Positions 57,751-64,000 of a stretch of 64,000 nucleotides of DNA are shown here, piece by piece. The stretch is from Octopus vulgaris. Lineage: Eukaryota. The DNA is taken from positions 1,116,001 through 1,180,000 of the forward strand of contig OX597816.1 of NCBI GenBank assembly GCA_951406725.2, in the 5' to 3' direction. Within the stretch, counting starts at the first letter, position 1, and the number at the start of each line of letters is the position of its first letter. The translations under genes were made by a program, and so were the position numbers. The notes under the pieces were generated by a model. The model did no database searches and had not been told where the DNA came from. It worked only from the letters and a program-made list of their open reading frames with translations.

Positions 57751-57938
57751 GGAACTTATTCGTTCGATATATTTTACTGAACTGCTAAGTTACGGGAACG
57801 TAAACTCACCAACATCGGTTGTCAAGCAGTGGTGGGGGACAAACACATATACCTACATACATACAAAGTATAATAAAGACAATGACTGCATAAAGACTTT
57901 ATAGTGCATAGTAAGCAATATTTTCTTTCTCTACCCCC

Positions 57939-58000
<62 letters not shown>

Positions 58001-59126
58001 CCGTCTCTCTCTGTGCATCTGTGTTCCCATGCACGCAGTCTGCTACAATAAAATCAGAATACAAGAAATACAGACTTGACACACAAATGGTGGATCTGCA
58101 ACATTCCCGCACACATTTTTTTCATTTACGCAGTTTTTTTTATAATGGCGTCTCGACCCCGTCAAAACATTGAACTGCCGTTATTTGAGGAAACTTTTAT
58201 CTTTCTTTTATTCGTTGAAGTGTGTGAAACAAACGCGCAACAATTACAAAAGATATCAGAATAATTCAGAAGCAACGCCGAGATTACACATCCGGAAATA
58301 GAAATTCAATTAGTCCTACTGTTTTTTTTGTTTAATTTCAATAGAAAAACGTTAATTACTGACAAAATGTTAATTACCGAAATAAAAAGAAAAAAAAAAC
58401 AATTATTGGCAAAACGTTAATTATTCACAAAATATGACTATTGAGATATTCGTGAAAGTTGTAATCTTGAAATAAAATGCTACATACGTGACACTCTGAC
58501 TACTTTTCGTGAGATAAACCGTGCAGTTGCAGGGAAGGAGAAGGCATTGCTTTACAGAACTTGCTTCAGCTAAGAATATCGGGAGACATTAATGCGTAGA
58601 TGATTCTAAGGTTGGAGCAAAACAGTATAAGCCTTCAACATAGAGGAAGGAATTAGAAGAGAGTGACAAGAAAGAAATGCTGTTGATGCTGTTTCTTACT
58701 TTTCCTTTTTCTTTTTTTTTTAGTCAATTGACTGCGGCCATGCTGGGGCACCGCCTTGTAGAGTTTAGTCGAACAACTTACTTTAATCTGGTAATTACAC
58801 AATCGGCCTCTTTTTGCCGAACTGCTAGGTTACGAGGATGTGTAGCAATTGACACCGGATGTCAAGAAGTGAGGAAAGTAACACAAAGACCTTTCTTTCT
58901 TTCTCTCTATCTCTCACTCTCCGATCTCCCTGAATAAGGAGGAGCGAGCCTGTTTTCTCTCGGTAGTTGCTATGGCGAAAGAAGTAGTGTGGAAGACGAG
59001 AGTAAAAGGAATTGCAACAGGCATGTTTATCTCCAGTCTCGAGCTAATCGACTTTTTCGTTTTCCACATGAAACGGAAAATAAGGCTGGAGAAGAAATGC
59101 CTGTCGCAAAGTGTGTTTCGTAAAAG

Positions 59127-59210
59127 ATGGAAGTCTATAGCAAGTATGTTGCGAGTGAAAGAACCTGTTTAATCGAGAATGTAAAAAAAGGAGAAAGCAA
59201 AGTCTTCAGT
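59127..59210 (+). CDS. Possible first coding exon of an unidentified host gene (MEVYSKYVASERTCLIENVKKGESKVFS)
   Basis: aagATGg start context, phase-0 donor GTGAGT at 59211, non-repetitive context, X-box-like motif at 58966-58979; no homology recognised. Confidence 0.25.
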
Positions 59211-59443
59211 GTGAGTTTGTGGTTTGTGGGGTCAACCGCGTCTTCCGCTTCATTTTTTGTTAATCACTCATTCTCATTTAATTGTATTTTAATTGTTTGT
59301 TTATTCATATGTTTCGTCTCATTCGATACCCTGACCCCAACGTTTGTTTTGTCCCCTCTTTTTCTCAACCTTATGGTGAATAAAGAAATACTCTCTCTCT
59401 CACTTTTTCTCTCTCCCAGTAATGCGCACGCGCGCACATACAC

Positions 59444-59476
<33 letters not shown>

Positions 59477-59791
59477 ATTTGTGTGTGTACGCGATGGGTT
59501 TCCACAAAGTTTCCGTCTACCAAATTCTCGGTTTCGGGACTGTGACCAAAGCCACATCGTCAGAAGGGAAATTCTTAGACACCAATGCCTGCACAAGGCC
59601 AGCAACATTGAGGGATGGGTAAATCGATTACATCGACGCCAGACCCCAGTGCTCAACTGGTACTTTTTTTATCGAGCCGAAAGGACTAAAAGCAAAGCCG
59701 ACCTCGACGGAATTTGAAATCAGAACGTAAAGACGATCGAAACGCCGTTAAGCATTTTGTCCGGCGGTCTAACGATTCTGCCATCTCGCCG

Positions 59792-60578
59792 TACATACAT
59801 ACATACGTACATACATACATACATACGCATTCATTATATGCATACATTAACATACATACAAACATATACATATACATAAACACATGCATACATACACATA
59901 TATATGAAAACATATATACATACGTAATATATAGATACACACATACATCCATACATACACATACAAACATACATAAATACATACATACATACATACATAC
60001 ATACACATACATAAATACATGTACATACATATATACATACACACATACATACGCACATACATACATACACACATACATACACTCATACACACACACATAC
60101 ATACATACATACATACATACATACATACACATACATACATACATACATACATACATACATACATACATACACATACATACATACATACATACATACATAC
60201 ATACATGCATACATACATACATACATACATACATACATACATACATACATACGATGATGATGATGATGATGATACATACATACATACATACATAAAGACA
60301 TACATAAATACATACATACGTACGTACATACATATATACATACATGCATACATACATACATACATACATACATACATACATAAATACACTCATACATACA
60401 TACATACATACATGCATGCATGCATGCATGCATACATACGTACGTACGTACGTACGTACGTACATACATACATACATACATACATACATACATACATACA
60501 TACATACATACATACATACATACATACGTACGTACATACATACATACATACGTACGTACATACATACATACATACATA
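59792..60578. repeat. Large complex (CATA)n field with (GAT)n, (CATG)n and (CGTA)n patches
   Basis: Direct observation. Confidence 0.95.
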
Positions 60579-61224
60579 TGCACTCGGATTGCAAACTGAC
60601 TTCGAACAATTCCATCGCTTCATTGTTCTCTTAAACTTAACAACACGGACGTGGCTTTTCAGTCCTGCTGAGGCCGTACATTCCTTTGCACAAATGTGAC
60701 AATGATGGGCGCCTCTTGCAACAGTTGTTCAGAGAGTTATGGATGATTCTGTCACACTGGCACGTGCCATCACTCCATCACAAAATTTTTCATTGAATGT
60801 TTTATCTATTTTGACTACGGTCAGTGTGAAGCGCATCGTAGAGATGATAAGATTAAAGCTATGCATGTGGCTGAAGCTTTTGAAGTGAGGAAAGGCCTTG
60901 TGCAGGACCAACCTCACTCTCTCGACAACCTATGTATTTGCTCAAAAAGAACGAGTCTATCTCACTGGTGGCAAGCGAAGTCGCAGGTGTTATATCAGAG
61001 TTTTTCTTCGAGAAAGATGCCTAAACAAAGACTAGGGGCTGTCACGCCTACTTGTTGCCAGGCCATTGATTCTACTGAGTTTATCTGCCCTTTGACAGGT
61101 TTTGTTTTCCGTCCTGTAGTTGAGCACTGGGGTCGATGTACTCGACTTAACCCCTCCTCCGAAATTGCTGGCCTTGTGCCAAAATTTGAAACCAGTGCAA
61201 GCATACAATCACGCATATTTATGT

Positions 61225-61259
<35 letters not shown>

Positions 61260-61499
61260 GCATGGTCGGGCCGACGATGACTAAACCTGCAACCTTACCC
61301 AAGAGTGTCGTTTCCGCTTATATCACATATAAACCTCCTTTCTCTTCCTCTTCCCAATACAAGATTAAAAGTATGTCTAGTTCTGGCTCTGGTTCGGAGA
61401 GAAATAATTAAAGCATCAAGTCGTATTGTTTCTTTTTATCATATCGCATAATCATTCGGTTGAAATAGAATAATCACAGGTAAAGAAAATTCTATTAAA

Positions 61500-62030
61500 A
61501 TAGCGAACTGGCAGAATCGTTAACGCGCCGGACAAAACGCATAGCAGTAATTTTTTCTGTCTCTTTACGTTCGGAGTTCAAATGCAGTCGGGGTTGACTT
61601 TGCCTTTTATCTTTTCCGGTTCGATATTGACACTTATATGAAGGCGCCGGGCGAAATGCGTAGCCGTATTTCGTCTGCCGTTACGTTCTGAGTTCAAATT
61701 CCGCCGAGGTCGACTTTGCCTTTCATCCTTTCGGGGTTGATTAAATAAGTACCAGTTACCCACTGGGGTCGATGTAATCGACTTAATCCCGTTGTCTGTC
61801 CTTGTTTGTCCTCTCTATGTTTAGCCCCTTGTGGGTAATAAAGAAATAAGAATTGTTAGAGTGGCTTGATAATGTCAAGGGGCTACGTTCTAAGTTCAAA
61901 CTCCAATGAGGTAGCTTTGCCTTTCGTAGTCGATAAAATAAAGTACCATTCAAGTACAGGGGTCGATGGTATCCACTAATTTCGATCAACTCAAAATTGT
62001 TGACATAGTGCTTAAAGTAAAAACCATATC
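61500..62030 (+). mobile_element. Stacked SINE family A copies
   Basis: gaactggcagaatcgttaac head; ctgagttcaaattccgccgaggtcgactttgcc; alternative tail ending taaagaaa (~61847) runs into another SINE head. Confidence 0.85.
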
Positions 62031-62621
62031 AAAGGTCATGAAGGCCTTATAGGAACTAAACAACCGAAAACAACCAGGCAGCTTGATTTATGTTTTTTTT
62101 TTCTTTTCTAGGAAAGAGGTTGGACCTTTTCTTTCATTCGTTTACTTCAGAACAGAAAGGCTGAGAGGGTGGCATTGGGTAAAAATAGTATCATTTTTCT
62201 TGAGGCCGATGCTATGGTAGAATCGTTGGAGCCTCGAAAAATGCCTCGTCGTATTTATTCCGAGTTTTTTTTTTCTTTCCTTTTTTACGTTTTCAGTTCA
62301 ATTCCCGCCGAGTTCAAATTCGCTCTTTTCATCTTTTAGGGTCGATAGAAGAAAGTATCAATCAAATAATGTAGTGGATGGTGCCGACTAACCCCCATTT
62401 TCTCAAAACTGTTGGAATTGTTTCAAAATCAGTGTGAGTGTGTGTGTGTGTGTGTGTATGTGTGTGTGCGTGCGTGTGTGTGTGTGTATATTCTCATTTC
62501 TTTCCTTTCTTTCCCGTCCTCCCTCTTCACTTTCCTTCTTCTTTTCTGTTTGTCATATTTTTGCTATTTTAGAGTAAAATTCAGTTACGAGACAAAAAGC
62601 AACAACAACAGCGACAGCCAT

Positions 62622-62720
62622 GGCGGCGGCGGCGGAGGCGGCGGCGGCGGCGGCGGTGGCGGAGGCGGCGGCGGTGGCGGAGGCGGCGGCGGCGGAGGCG
62701 GCGGAGGCGGCGGCGGCGGA
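62622..62720. repeat. (GGC)n tract with GGA/GGT interruptions
   Basis: Direct observation. Confidence 0.95.
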
Positions 62721-62949
62721 AAAAACTAATAAAATGACGAAGCAATTGTTTGAGTGAACAGTGGCAACTATTGTTTATTTAATTAATTAAAGAAACAGAG
62801 TTTAGGAAAAGGAAAATTCTAATTAAACAAAATTAAATGCAAGCAAAAGAAAACTAATTTGGATCCTTATTATATTTCTGTAACTTCGATGTTCTCCTTT
62901 TGTTTTATTCCTTAATTTTGAAACGTTCACGGAAAATTATATCCAGTAA

Positions 62950-63083
62950 ATACATAAATATATAAATACATAAATATATAAATATATAAATATATAAATA
63001 TATAAATATATAAATATATAAATATATAAATATATAAATATATAAATATATAAATATATAAATATATAAATATATAAATATAT
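62950..63083. repeat. 8-bp tandem repeat (ATATATAA)n
   Basis: Direct observation. Confidence 0.9.
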
Positions 63084-63568
63084 AGATGAATATATACATA
63101 ACAGAATGGATTATGTTCTGACTCTTTAGATTGAGGATACGTGTTTATGTGAAGTAGAAAGGGCAAAATATGAAAAGTAATTTTGTAAGAGGAGAAAATG
63201 AAAACGTGCGCACTAAGTGGAATTCGAAACTGTGCCTTAGAGTCCCCTTATAACTCTAAACGTATCAACAATAACTGGCGGGTTCAAGTCCCACTGAGTG
63301 TTCACATTGTTATTTATTCTACTGAGTTCATCTGCCCTTTGACAGGTTTTGTTTTCCGTCCTGTAGTTGAGCACTGGGATCGATGTACTCGACTTAACCC
63401 CTCCTTTGGAACATCATAGGGTAATATCAAGAAATACGGCATACACACAAGAATTATAATTCAACATTTTTCTTCATCAAAATTTCTTGGTGCATATACA
63501 AAACGATTAAATGAAGACTAATTTTCAAAAGAATTAATACAATAACGACAAACAATGAATTTTATTTA

Positions 63569-64000
63569 CCGTAAATCCTCGAGTATAATCCGCATTTTCC
63601 ACCGCAAAATTTAAAGGTCAAAATCCCTAGTGCGTACTATATACGAGGTTAAAAATGAAAAATATTTTCTAAGCAATGTCTGAGTCTCTATTTGCTATCC
63701 GGCAATGTTTATTCAGACGCATTTTGAGATGTCGGGCGCGAAAATACCTTAAGCTATGCCTGAAAGCAATGAAGTCATAAAAGAATCATCCATAACTTGC
63801 AGTAAGCAACATTTATTAAACGTTATTGCTGTTATTTCTTTATTTTCTGCAAACAAAATGCACAAAGAAGCTACACGTTTGCATTATGTTATATATACAA
63901 TAATAATAAAGGACGTTACTGTATACGTTTTTACAAACCAAGGACGTTATAAAGATCTCCTTGACTCAAGTTAGAGAAGGGGTCTAAAAATCTCCTGCGT
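63569..64000. mobile_element. pogo/Tc2-like DNA transposon end, probably running off the window
   Basis: TA|ccgtaaatcctcgagtataatccgca with internal tgcgtactatatacgagg; partner TIR not in the window. Confidence 0.5.

Noticed and set aside
59686-60699. Long ORFs (up to 309 aa) rich in YVCM / HTYI
   Set aside because: Translations of (CATA)n microsatellite; the same applies to most poly-SL, YI, VC, N, K and I ORFs in the track.
62412-62729. Poly-Gly protein ORF
   Set aside because: Starts in a SINE tail and (TG)n; the glycine run is a GGC microsatellite with no exon support.

Overview
AT-rich eukaryotic (animal) genomic DNA almost entirely made of microsatellites and transposon debris. The repeat repertoire resembles an octopus/coleoid cephalopod genome; this is an inference from repeat style, not a database match. 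No intact host protein-coding gene is recognisable, and nearly all ORF-track entries are microsatellite translations. Supported content: (1) about seven R4/Dong-like restriction-like-endonuclease LINE copies or fragments, all on the + strand and mostly tied to (AAT)n tracts, one near full length (24925-28647); (2) several Penelope-like elements (PLEs), including a nearly intact Naiad-like RT/GIY-YIG copy in (TA)n, a second Naiad-like copy with a ~200-aa in-frame insertion inside its GIY-YIG motif, a Neptune-like GIY-YIG fragment, and fold-back pLTR remnants; (3) about a dozen type I hammerhead ribozyme motifs in PLE ends, four with the same CCGA (U4C) core variant; (4) RTE, CR1-like and L1/Tx1-like LINE fragments whose 3' ends resemble the tails of the two dominant tRNA-derived SINE families; (5) Tc1, pogo/Tigger, Merlin-like, Helitron and piggyBac-like DNA elements; (6) two sites with RFX X-box motifs, one just upstream of a possible first coding exon. 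Element boundaries were read by eye and are approximate unless a TSD or terminal motif is quoted.
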